Source: Camelus dromedarius
Taxonomy: Eukaryota
Assembly: GCF_036321535.1 (NCBI RefSeq)
Contig: NC_087436.1
Location: forward strand, 120,220,001-120,284,000
Length of the DNA: 64,000 nucleotides
Reading direction: 5' to 3'
Shown here: in pieces, positions 36,554-48,473 of the stretch
How the letters are laid out: every line of letters starts with the position of its first letter
Numbering within the stretch: position 1 is the stretch's first letter
Notes under the pieces: generated by a model
What the model was told of the DNA's origin: nothing
The model's input: the letters and a program-made list of their open reading frames with translations, nothing else
Database searches by the model: none
Translations under genes and position numbers: made by a program

Positions 36554-38929
36554 CTCCAGACGGAAGAGCAAGGACAGCGGACAGAAGGCGGCGAGGGGAA
36601 GCAGAGGAAAGCATTTCAAGCATGAAAGCTAGTGCGTCCCTCTCCCCTGCCGGTAGGGCCACCGAACCCTCTGCCCAGGGGACAGAGTGTGGCTCCCACC
36701 CACTTCCAGATGGGGCCCCAGACTTGTTGATCCAACCTTGAGGGACCCCCGGCAGTGGCCCAGGTGCAGCAGCAGGAGTGTCCCGGCAGGGCCCCAGCTG
36801 GGCCCCGCCTCATGCGAAGGCTGGCCTGGCCGTGGCAGAGCCCCTCCTCGGGGCGCACAGCCTGGCTGCTGACATGTGCATCCAGAAAACCCCAAGTTCA
36901 CCCAAACTCCGCACCCCCCTTCCTAAATATCCTTGTATAAAATACTGCCGCTTTCCTGGAGAATCCACGTGAGCCATTCACAATAGGGTTTAAATGCTAG
37001 AATTCATCAAAGTCTGTCCTTAAAAGCCACTGAGTAAATTTTATCAGCCAGGGGAATAAGGGATGGTTGCTATTAATCAGCCAGCATGTTCCCAAATAAA
37101 GCTATTTTTTTTTTTTTTGCCAAATTAAACAGAAAGAGTCGTCTGATTCTGGCTCTGATCTTTTTAATCCCATCTGGGTTTGTGATTTCTGTTTTGCGAA
37201 CAAGGTTGGATTATCAAGTCACAAATTTGGACATCATGGTCACCCGGTGACCCTCCCCGCCCTGCACACACCTGTTTAAGGAATGAAATGAGACACAGGA
37301 TGCAATGGGCACTGAGCACGGCGTGATGAGGCACACGGCTCGCTGTAGCAAGACACTCATAAGGCACCACTCATTTCCTCCCCTTTCGCCCCAGGAAACC
37401 CTCGCCGCAGCACATGGCAGCTTGGCAAAGGGAAAGAGACACTCTTGACTTGAAAATATCCCTTGTTCAAAGTCACAGGACCCTGAAGTGACATGGTGAT
37501 GCAACGGCCTTCCACAGCAGGAGAGTGCCGGGTCCAGCGTGGAGGCGGGCTGACGAGGAAGGGGTGGTAGGCGGGTGGGGGGAGTGCTCTCGCCTGGGTG
37601 GGGTGCGCTGGGGCCCAGCAGGGCATGCAGGGTGGCGGAGGCTCAGCTCGAGCCGACCACAACCAGTGGCCCCGACAGTGCTGAGGCCACAAAGCAGATA
37701 CTGACTACAGCTTCGAGTGTCTTCCTGGGCATGGCACCAAATTCACCTGCCCATGAGGATGGAACCTCGGGTAGGTGGCTGTCCTCCCTCGTGGCGTGAA
37801 CCCTCTTTTCCCTAGTGCCGCACAGAACCTTCTGGAGCCCCAGGCCAGTTCAAACTCCTAGACCCTGGGGAGTGCACACTCACCCACCTCCACGTGCACG
37901 TAAAGGAACCCCAGATCCGTTCTGCCGACAGTGGCTGACTCATCCACCCACAAGGGCGGCAGGATGTGGTGGAAGCAGGGGCTTTAAACAAGCCATGTGC
38001 CTGGACTCTGGAGTGGCTGAGGACCACACACCCATCACCATGCCGGGCAAGCTTCCAGCACAGCCTCAAACAGCTCGTGTCTCTCCACAGGCACCTGCAG
38101 ACTCCACCTCATCACGGGACTCCTGGCTCCCAGCCCTGCCCACAGTGGCCTGTCCCACATCACACGCAGGAGTCTGTGTGTGTGCGTGTGGGTATCTCGG
38201 GGGGACCACAGCTTCCATCAGGTGCTCAGGGGGCCTGACACCCAGGGGCACAGAATGGTGGCCCGAATGGCCTGTCACACCCACCTCATCCCTGCCATCC
38301 AGGGGCTTCTACACCAGTCACCCAAATCTAGGACCTTGGACCTGGCCCAGGATGCCTCTGTTTGCCTCCCCTCCTCCCCTCTTCCCCTCCTGGAACCCCC
38401 TTTCCAACTGTTCCTTCCTGGGTCAAGGCTCAGGTGCAAAGCCTTCCCAGAGGACACAGTCCACTGCTGACCATTCCCTTCTCTGGACACACGCCCCGCC
38501 TGCCACTCACTGGGTCACTAAATCATCACAAAATGCACCGTAACATCGACCCGACATGGGGCCACTCAGAGTACTTTGTTCACGACAGCCCTGCGGACAG
38601 GCCACCACTGCTGCCTGAGCGCTGGGGGCTCGTGTCCTGGGGAGGCCCGGCTCCGGCGCTGCTCTGGGGCCAGCTTCCTCAGTGGGCCCCTGACGTTAAC
38701 ATGGATATGGGGGAGCCAGAGGCAAGGCCGGTGGGGCGGCGACTTTGGAAAGGCTTGAAGGGCCCTTTGCCCTTCTGCTGAGGCTCGTCCTGGAGGTGGT
38801 TCAGGACCAAGGCCGCTCTGACCTCCGGTGGGGAGGGGTCTCCAGCCCCCCTAGGGAGGTGCCTGTCAGAGCACGGGAAACCCTGGCTGGTGAGCGCCAC
38901 CTACTCTGTTAGTCTGAGTCCACACTTTG

Positions 38930-39690
38930 CTGTAGAGCAGTTCGGGGCTGCACGGGGGCCCCTGCGAACCCCACGCCATTCCTGCAGTTACCGCCTTATG
39001 TGTGGATGGCGCATCGCCACGCTGGTGTTGTCCACACGATTTACTTTATTTGTATTCCACCTGTTTTTCCCTCACGTCCCTTTTGTGACCTTGTCCAGGA
39101 CACCAGGTGACACTGGTCATCACATCTCCTCTGCCTCCCCTGGGCTGTGACCGTCTCTCAGACTCTCCTTGGATTTCACGACCTCGGCAGTTTGGAGACG
39201 TGCTGGTGGGGTGTTTGGTAGACTGTCCTCAGTCAGGGTTCGCTGGATGTTTTCTCTGGATGGGACAGGGGTTGAGGGTTTGGGGAGGAAGAGCATAGAG
39301 GGGAGGTCCCATCACGTCGGGGGCACCTGCTGTGACCTGCCACTGTGACATTGACCTTGACCCCCGGCCAAGGTTGTGTTGGCCAGGATTCTCCACGTCC
39401 AGCTCCTCTCGTCCCCTGGCGCCGTCCTCTTTGGGAGGAAGTCACTGTGCACAGCCCACCCCTGACAGGGGTGAGGCAGGTGCCCCTCCTGGAGGGCGGA
39501 GTCCCCATAAATTATCACGAATTCTTCCCCCGGAGGTTTGTCTCTTCTCCCCTATTTATTTCTTTATTCAATTGTTTCTCTATATCAGTGTGGACTTGTG
39601 GACACTTATACTGTGGTGTCTGATCCAACAGCACGTCGTTCATTGTGCGGCTCAGTTGGTTCAGCTTTGCCCTCGGAAGTCCCCTCTGTT
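38930..39690 (-). mobile_element. L1MC-like 3' end
   Basis: ctttgggaggaagtcactgtgcacagcccac, gacattgaccttgac, tttgtctcttctcccctatttattt, tatatcagtgtggact. Confidence 0.8.
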
Positions 39691-41979
39691 GGCTCCTGCT
39701 GCACCTTCTCCAGGTGACCAGAGGCCAGGCCAGCCCCCAGCCACGTGCAGGGGCCTCACGGGACACCACCAAGACTTGAGTGGGTTTGCACGTGTGCAGC
39801 TCCCTGCCACATGCCGGTTCAGCCGATGACCACGGCTGCCAGGCTGATGGCCCAGGAACGAGGGCCAGGGGTGTCTTTAGGAGCAGCAAGTGGGCGGAGC
39901 AGCACTGAGGCTCCGCATGTGAAGCCTGCCCTCCCTCTCACGCCCTGAAAGGAGGAGGAGGCTCGGTGGTCTCTCCTCACGGCTGCTTAGCAAAATGGTT
40001 TTGGTAGCATCGCCTCCCCTTGGCACCCACCTGCCTGACCCTGCTGCCTGCTCTGTAACAGGTGAGAGGTTAGGCTTAAACCTTATGCTGTCCCAGGAGA
40101 CATGTCGGGGACTGAAATTCATACTAAAGTGCAAATGGCTGCCACTGGCACCTAAGCGGCACACAGGTCTTGGCAGGAGGGTGATCCCAGGCACCGGGAC
40201 ATGGTGGGAAGGTGTGTCTGGGATGGGGGTTGGGTGGGGAGGAAGGGGCACCTGGCCAGGTCAGAGCAAGCACTGGCAGGTGAGTGCCTGCTTCTTCTTG
40301 GCGAGCCCTCCAACCCCAGTGTTGTTCAGAGGGAAATCTCCACCTGAGGAGCCAAAGAAGCTGAAGATGCTGCGAGGAGATACCAGGGAAGGTTTTCCTG
40401 GAGAGTGGGGCCAGACGCCAGGCTCTGTGACAGGCTAAGAGGAATGCAAATGGCCCTCGGCACAGCTGGTCACAGACTGCCCACAGACTGGGATGCACAG
40501 AACCTGGGGGTCTGGATGAGAGGCGCCAGGGAGAAGGGGATGGGCCCCCTTGGGGTGGCCCCACAGCCCATGGGTGGACACGCCTGGTGAGTGAGGGCCT
40601 GCCCCTGGGCTCTGCCCATGAGCTGTGACCCCCGCCACCCAGCGACGTCCCCCTGAGCCCCAGGCTCCCCTGGAGAGAGTCCTGGGGAGAGGCTGGGGGC
40701 TCCCAAGGTCATGGATAGCCCTGAAAATTGGCGGGAGCAGAACTGCGGGTGTTGGGGTCCCTTGCATCCTGCACCAGAGGGGAGGGGGGCCTTGTCTGAT
40801 TTCTGAACAAAGAGAACTGGGGGCCAAAGCGGCCAGGAGGGAACCAGGACGCGCCGCGGGGCCTGTGCCCACCCGGAGCAGACCGCAGCACCATGCCTCC
40901 TGAACTTGGGACGCCCTTGGACGGGCTACGACAAGGACAGTTTCTGAACCACGTTGCGGTGGGTAGTGGGGTGGGGGCCTGTCTGCACTGCCTGCCCTCC
41001 TCCCCCACAGAATGGAAGGAAGGGCCGCTCTGCTCCTGCCAAGGGGAGAGGGCTGCCCTTCCCTCTGCCCTGCTCCCTGGCCCTCTCCTGGGGCACAGAT
41101 GGGGTGCTGCAGGCCTGGGGCTGCTGCCTAGGGGCCTGTCCTTGGTCAGGCCACCCTGGCTTTTCCTCACCCTGGCGCAGTAAGAACTCGAGGTGGGGGC
41201 TCAGAAAGGGCGGGGAGGGGTGGTCACGGGGTTGCTCCAGCTCCCGCCTCTGCCTGGATTGACTGAGGCACAGTGCCTCCCCGGGCAGTCAGCCCAGCTC
41301 GCAGGGCACTGCCCAGGGAACGAGGTCAGAGCAGCTGAGACGGCCATTGTCCCACCGTCTGGCCTCATTTCGGGGCCTCACCTCTGCCAGGGGCCCCAGG
41401 GAGAACGGCGCCACCCAAAGCAGGGCACGTCAGGCGGGGGGAAGCGGTCAGCCTTCTGACCTCAGAGCAAAGGGAGAAGAGGCACCTCCCTGGGGGGCCT
41501 GCCGTGACTCGTTTAAAAGTCTGATTCACTCAGGTTTGCGGCGTCTTCTGTCCGCCTCTTGAGTGAGCACCCAGCCCGGCCACACGATACCCCCGGGCCA
41601 CGTGGCTGTGCGCCGGGCCCTGCCGGCTGCTCTCCCCTCACGGATGCGCCATTTTGGGCTTTGCTGAGTCAGTACGTCCAGAAGAGGCCATGAGCTGTGG
41701 GGATGGCCCACGTCCCATTAATCGGGGGTTCTTCTCAGCAGACAGATGAGGGTCGTGAAAACAAGCGATGATGACACACGTGAGAACCATCCAAGGTCCA
41801 AGGACCCTGCTGGGTGACCGTCCAGTGATGGAATAATCCAGCTGAGCTGGCTTCCTTGTCCCGTAATCTCGGTCCCTTTGGGACAAAAGGTTCTGGGAAC
41901 TGGAACCTTAACATGCCTCTCAGGGAATCAGCAAGAGATCATTGCTACTTCCTCTCTTGCCCTGAGAGCCTTTCCATGG

Positions 41980-42345
41980 TGTATCAGTCAGCGAGGGCTG
42001 GGTAACAAAGTACCACAGCCGGGTGGCTTACACAGCAGACATTTATTTCTCACAGTTCCGGAGGCTGTAGTCTCAGATCAAGGTCCGGCAGGGCTCAGTT
42101 TCTGGTGCAGCCTCTCTTCTTGGCCATAGACGGCTGCTCTGCCCCATGTAGCCTTTCCTCTGAGCGCCAGTAGAGTCTTTTCCTCTTCCTAAAAGGCCGC
42201 TTGCCCACCCTATCAGATTGAAGTCCCCCTTTATGACTTCGTGGAACTCTAATAATCTCCTAAGCCTCCTTTCTCCAAATGCAGTCACACTGTGGGCTAG
42301 GACTTCAACACCTGAATCCAGGGGGACACAATCCAGTCTGTAACA
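41980..42345 (-). mobile_element. MaLR solo LTR (MLT1A-like), near full length
   Basis: tgtatcagtc...taacaaagtaccacag...atttatttctcacagttccggaggct...ctccaaatgcagtcaca...gggggacacaatccagtctgtaaca. Confidence 0.9.
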
Positions 42346-42864
42346 TTCAGGAAAACAGGACTTGACCCTTTTCCTGGTGTGAGTCATGTACACGTGTCCA
42401 GGCAGGGGTGCGGAAGGCAGCATGTCTGTGCCCTGGGAGGAGCTGCAGCCATGCAGGGCGCGCCCCCTGCCCAGACACCATGGGCTGAGGCTGGGAACGT
42501 CTCCACCTCTCTGCCTCAGCTTCTGCTCCCGACCCCCCGGGCCAGCAGTCCCTGTGCCTGGCGAGCCGACGTGGGAAATAAAATGACACGACTCAGAAGA
42601 AGCCTCTTCAAACAAGCCCAGGGGGTGGGCGCTGGGTGATTCCTAGTCTCCCCTCCCCGCCTTGCCGCTGGCTCCCTGGCGTGACGTGTTATCTCCAAGG
42701 AACATTTACACACTGACAGAAACAGATCCGGACGCACAAGACACAGAGCGGGGAACACGGGCGTGAAACACGGGACGCGGGGAAGCCATGCGGCGGACAC
42801 AGGACAGCGAGACACAGACGCGGCGGCCCTGCCAGCACCGCAGCCCGCAGCCCGCGCGCCTTAC

Positions 42865-42963
42865 CTCGGAAGTAGGGGATGTAATGATGTCTGAACACGG
42901 ATGTAGGGCTTGGGTGTTGGGACAGGGACAGGCAGCTACTGGTACCAACACTCACAGTACCAG
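42865..42963 (-). CDS. ABLIM2: ABLIM2 in-frame cassette exon (AGTVSVGTSSCLSLSQHPSPTSVFRHHYIPYFR)
   Basis: tgttgcccgcag|CT GGT ... CGA G|gtaagg; 99 nt, phase 1/1; peptide matches an insert I recall from long ABLIM2 isoforms. Confidence 0.88.
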
Positions 42964-43476
42964 CTGCGGGCAACAGAGAGCAAGTCAGAGTCGGCCACAC
43001 GCTCACTGGCCGCAAAGCCACAAAACATTCCCAGGCCCGGCTCCTCCAGGAACATTTTTGCTTCCTCTCTCGAAGAACACACACCATTCTGAAGCACCTG
43101 AAGGGGTCACCAAGGGTCCTCTGGGCCAGTGTGCTCCGGGTTTGGAGGGAGGAAGTCCTACCCTCTGTGGTCAGGGTGGCTGCCCCCAGGCCCACTGGGT
43201 GGGAGCTGCTGGCCCCCGAGCCCTGCCCATTGCCCCACCTGGGACCTCCTTGGTAGCCAGGACCCAGGTGGAGGGCAGCTGGCAAGACCGGGGGTGATCT
43301 GTCACCCAACAGTCACCCCGGCCCCGCCCAGCAGAGATTCAGGTCTTGGCTCTGGGGTGACCACCTGGACAGGCACAGCCGACAAGCCCAGGTGAACACA
43401 TACGGCGGTCAGGGGTCCGCAGAAGGGCCCTTGGAGAGGCCGACAGCCCTTCCCCCTGACTCGCCAGCTCTCCTAG

Positions 43477-43543
43477 TCACTCACTCACTCCCTCACTCAC
43501 TCGTTCACTCCCTCACTCACTGGTTCACTCCTTCACTCACTCA
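43477..43543. repeat. Imperfect (CACT)n tract, probably an L2 tail on the minus strand
   Basis: Seen directly; followed by caaacatctacagagc...tgtaccaggcac, which resembles L2. Confidence 0.75.
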
Positions 43544-44378
43544 CCCACTTTGCAAACATCTACAGAGCAGGATGTACCAGGCACACTGCACAATATCAAT
43601 GAAAGTAACTTTGCAAATGAATGAGTTTTGATTTTTCCACAAAGGCTGCAAAAATCAGAGCTGAGTCCATGGAGGTGAGGATGGAACCATGCATCAGCTG
43701 GCCAAGGAGGAAGCCCCTCGGAAAAATCCCTCAAAACGCAGCACCTGCATGGAGACCCTGTGGCCCCGACACACTGAGGGCAATGCAGTGTTTAAAGGCA
43801 AGGAGAGCAATAGAGCTGGACGCCAGGCAGGGAGTGAGGTGGGACGGGGCAGAGAGGACCCTCCTCGGGCTTCTCCCCGCTGGGAGGGGCCTGGCAGTGG
43901 CCTCTTACACATGTTCCTATGGGACAGTTGTCTCTGGGGCTAGGTGAAGTGTCAGTGCACACGCTGACGCTAGCTTTTGTCCTTTGATTTGGCCTTCACA
44001 GCACAAACCTTCCCCAAATCACACAAGCTCGGAACTAAGTGACTTCTGGTCTCCCACCTTTGTGCTGCTCTATCTTCCTGACGCCCGCTACTGCACATGA
44101 GCTGGATTCTGCGTACTCAGTGCCGCCTGCGTGTTTCACAGGACGGCTCCTCCAACCAACAGGGTAACCAGCTGCCTCTGCAGCCAGCCTCCCCCGCCGG
44201 ACATGAGAGGGACTTTTCTTTATGTGACTAAAAGGACGGCTCTCCATCACCCACTGGCAACCCCCACCCCCTGTCCATCGTATTTCCAGCTGCCTAGAGG
44301 AAGAGACAGATGCATAAGAGGAAAAGCAGCAAGGATGACAGCTTCACACGGGGTAAAAGAAGCGTGGGGGGCAAGTAC

Positions 44379-44499
44379 CTGGACGGCTGTAGTGCTGGGG
44401 TGACCGTGAGGTCGGGGTGTAGCGCCCGAGGCTGACCGACCCGGTGGAGCTTGGGCTGGAGGTCCGGCACTGCTTGTAGGAGCGGTCATCCTGGTCCCC
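44379..44499 (-). CDS. ABLIM2: ABLIM2 exon (GDQDDRSYKQCRTSSPSSTGSVSLGRYTPTSRSPQHYSRP)
   Basis: ttcccctccag|GGG ... CCA G|gtactt; 121 nt, phase 0/1. Confidence 0.96.
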
Positions 44500-46107
44500 C
44501 TGGAGGGGAAGACAGCCTGGTGAACACAGGAGCCGAGAACACCGCCCACCCCTCTCCTGCGCGTCCAGCCTCCACTTGGCTTTTGCTCTCTTGACCCAAG
44601 AGGCTGACTCAACTTGGCCCCAAGACGAAGTCCCCTGCAGCTGCCAGGGCACATCTGAGGAGCCAGGTGGGGAGCTGGCCTTGGTGCTGAGCACAGTCCC
44701 TGCGCCTGCCGGGTACCGGAGGGCGGGGCTGGGTGAGACCGCCCACCCCTCCATCAGCCCCTCCTTCTGTCTCCAGCTCCCACAGAGGTGGTGGAGGCAC
44801 CTGGCTCCACCTACATCCTTCAGTTTCCCTCTTGCCCAGTCCTTCCCGGCACCCAAGGCTCCTTTGAACACAGTTTGAGAACCACTGGGATTCTGTATTC
44901 TCCCAGCCTTGACAGGTTCTCCCCAGGTGTGGCAGGTAGGAGGAAGCCCATCTCAGGCCCAGGGGCCCAGTTGAGTCAGACCCACAAGCACTGACAACGT
45001 AGACTCCATTCAAGCAGGATAAGCGACTGTTTGGGGTGGTCAGAGCTGGTGGCAGGTGGCATGAGATGATGTGGAACCATGACGCGGGGGCAGACAGGCT
45101 GCTGGCCTGCCACAGTTTGGCACATTGGTCTGAGGCATGACATGGCCCAGCGTCCTGCATGGGGTGGATGCTGGGGCTTTGCCCTTCAGGCCAGTGTGGG
45201 GATAAGCAATGTTGAGAGTCTGGGTCTGGCGCTCACGGCTCCCACGCTTTCCTGCACTCACCTTCCACTTCCCAGGGCTCACTCTTCAGCCGAACCCACT
45301 AAGCCACTGTCCCTAAAATTAGCCTGTGCAACCACCTCCACGCTCTGCTCAGGCTAGCCCTCACACCTGCCAGGCCCCACGAGGGCTTCCCCTGAGCCCC
45401 TCTGGGCTGGCCCACCCACGGCGATGGGCACTCTCTCCCCTGGGGCGGCTCCAGCCCTGCTGTCCAGGCTCCATCCCTGGGCTTCCTCTGCATAGCCCGC
45501 TGGCCAGCTGACATCCTATAGCTGTTCTGTCTCCTTGCTTCGTCTGTGGGGCTCGTGGCCCCACGTGGGTGTGGAAGCTGGGTGCTAGCTGCCCACACAC
45601 GAGGTCTGGTTGTCTCATTCCCGGACCCCAGGTCTGACGCCCATGCAGACTGGAGTCGGACTGGTGGCTATCCATATCATGGATCAATTTTGAGAAACAG
45701 GAAAAAAAAAAGCGGGCTGCTAATTATAAATGCTATTTGATAGAGAAACGCTTTTAGCATGTTTATCTGTGAGGACCCAAGGATACATTGTAAGTCCCAC
45801 TCGGGGGCGCATGAGGTGGCCCAGACTAAGCCAGCCCCTGGACTTTTTCTCTAAAGGAAGCCATGACTCAGACCTCAGGACACCTGTGTACCAGGTGCCC
45901 ACACTGCAGGGCCAGCAGACGCACCAGCGAAGCATGCAGAGGGGACATGGTTATAAAAATAACCAGTGCCCAAGAGGCTCTCCAGCTGCGGAGGGCCGTG
46001 GCCTGGTGCCACGGCCGGAGGCCCTCCCCGGGAACCTTGGTGGCTATCTTTATGACCCGGGTGGCAGCAGCGTGAGCAAACGGGGCCGGCTGGGGTTGGG
46101 CGGTTAC

Positions 46108-46140
46108 CTCTGTCGGCGTTGGCGAGAGCAACTGAGGGGG
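46108..46140 (-). CDS. ABLIM2: ABLIM2 33-nt in-frame cassette exon (PPQLLSPTPTE)
   Basis: tgttgtgtccacag|CCC ... GAG|gtaacc; phase 0/0; ACTAAC branch point at 46171-46166; resembles the recalled SPQLLSPTPTE isoform insert. Confidence 0.85.
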
Positions 46141-47509
46141 CTGTGGACACAACACAGAGCAGCTTGTTAGTGCTGGGCCCCAGGGGGTCACTTGAGGACA
46201 AGACCACCCAGGCCCAGGCCCATCCACACCATGGGACCCTCCTCCAAACGGAAAGGAACCCCTGCCCCCATGAGACCCGACACAAGCTCCAAAACCTTCT
46301 TTTTGGAGAAACATGGTCAATGGCATCACAAGAAAGAGGTTCCCAGGACAGCGTTTTGTGCTGAAGAGCCTGGACCTTATCTCCGTCCTGCCCCATCCCT
46401 GCCCCATCCCTGCCCCCACCGCTCTCCCACGAAGACACCTTTCCAAAAGGAAGACGGTGGGTTCAGGACATTGAGTGGCAACATGCTGTGAGCCCATCAC
46501 ACTCGATTTTCTTCAGAAAGGAGAGAAAAGGGGCACAGAGAAAGAGAGGCGCCTCAGGGTTTGGGATGAGGTCCAGTCTGCCTGCGGCAGCATGGGGACC
46601 ATGGAGAGTGGTGAGCGGCCTCCCCAGCCAGGCACCTCCTGTTCCAGCAGGCGCACACCATCCGCCACAGACAGACGTGTCGCCCAGACTCAGGGAGGCA
46701 GTGCATAGCAGAAGGGCTTCTGGACACTGAGCTTCCGGCAGCAAAGCTCACCTGCCGCCTCACACCCGGGAGGCAGGGAGGGAGATGCTGCGGAGAGTTT
46801 CTGAGGAGGAGCCCCGGGGGACCAGGCAGTTTTCTCGTACCATTTCCCTCCCCTTAGAATGGAAAGGGGAAAGTGTTTTCCACTCTTCTCATTTCCCAGA
46901 TGGGGACACTGAGGCTCAGAGGGGCTGGCAGACCTCTGTGCTGCCAGCCTACTGCTCTTCTTACTGCTAGATTCCCGCCCTGGGGATGGATGGCTGGAAG
47001 GCCGCAGTTCTAGAGAATCAGGTGAAGTGTTCATCCCTGAGGCCAGCGTCCGCTCAGCTCAGCACCCTGACCCATGTCCTGTGGCTTCCCAGGCCCCACC
47101 CATCATTTACCCACAGACAGGCGCCCACAGTAACCACCTCTGAGCAGGATCCCAGCCGAGGCCTGAGAAGGGAGAGTCCTCGGGGTCCCAGGAGATGGGG
47201 GATGGACAGGACCCCAAAACCTCACTCTGGACAGTGGCAGGAGCCAGCATGGAGGCAGCAATGACCAAAGTCAGCCACCAGGGGCCCAAGCCCCAGCTCC
47301 GCCCCAGGAGCCACACGGCCCTGGCCCAGTGCGTCCTCACTCGGCCTTGTCCTCTCATCTGCCTCCTGGGCAGTCATTCCCCACGTGCTGGGCCATGGGA
47401 AGTGGATCTGCACAAAAGCCCAGCGTCAACGCAGAGTGAGAGCGGGCCTGAGGGATGGGTGGTGGCCACGACACCAGGGACAGCGATCGGCCCCTGCAGC
47501 AGGGCGTAC

Positions 47510-47656
47510 CTCGCTGTAGCTCTGCCTGTCTCCCACCGAGTGGCTGATGTAGGGTGAGTAGGAGATCATGTCGGGCCGGTCAATGTTGTAGATAGCCTTG
47601 TTCTTAGGGAGGGCGGCCAGGTCTCGGTAGTCAAGAATCTCATCGCCCAGCTTCGC
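47510..47656 (-). CDS. ABLIM2: ABLIM2 exon (AKLGDEILDYRDLAALPKNKAIYNIDRPDMISYSPYISHSVGDRQSYSE), dematin-homology/AbLIM anchor region
   Basis: ctcctctcgcag|GCG ... GAG|gtacgc; 147 nt, phase 0/0. Confidence 0.97.
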
Positions 47657-47868
47657 CTGCGAGAGGAGAGGAAGAGCGGAGGGGCTGGGTAGACCCACAC
47701 CTGAGGCAGCAGGCGCTCCGGCAGCCACAGGGAGGACGGCGGGGTCAGTGCCCAGGAGCCGGGTCTGAGCAAAATGGGGCAAAGGGACAAAGGCCTAGGG
47801 GCGGGGAAGCCTCGTGGTCATATGGGTCTGCGTCCCCACAGACAGTGAGAACTAGGCCTGTAGTCTAA

Positions 47869-48473
47869 ACACACACTCATCTGTGCATGCGTGCACACAT
47901 GCAGACATGTGCACACACAGATACCCGTGTGCAGGCACAGGAGACACACATAAATGCACATATATGCGTGCACACAAATACACACTTGGGTGCATACAAA
48001 CACACAGACATGCATGTACACAAATATGTGTGTGCAGGCATACATGGGTGCACACATAAAGACACACAAACACACATGCCTTTAAATACACACATGATGT
48101 ATGCATGTGTGCGCACGCACACGCAAACACCCAGCACATGTACATGCAGGCTTGCACACACAAATACATGCATGCATACCTCCATGTATATATGCACACA
48201 CAGAGAGAACGTGCCTGCCTACAACTGTGGGAGCAGACACACACTCACACCTTCGCCCACCAGCCCCACCAGCATGCACACCCACACAGCCTGTGCCTGC
48301 CCTTACGCTCCCACAGACCCACACCTGCAGAAACACCCGTTCACCCTCCCACACACACTGCACACTAGCACACGTGCTAGCGCACAGAGCCTCACCTGCA
48401 CTACCACCCCCATGTGCACACGCACACGCATCCATGACCACAGTCACACACACGCACGTGTGTGCACACACAC
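47869..48473. repeat. About 600-bp degenerate (CA)/(TG)/(CATG) low-complexity block
   Basis: Seen directly; produces the H/T- and C/V-rich spurious ORFs. Confidence 0.9.
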
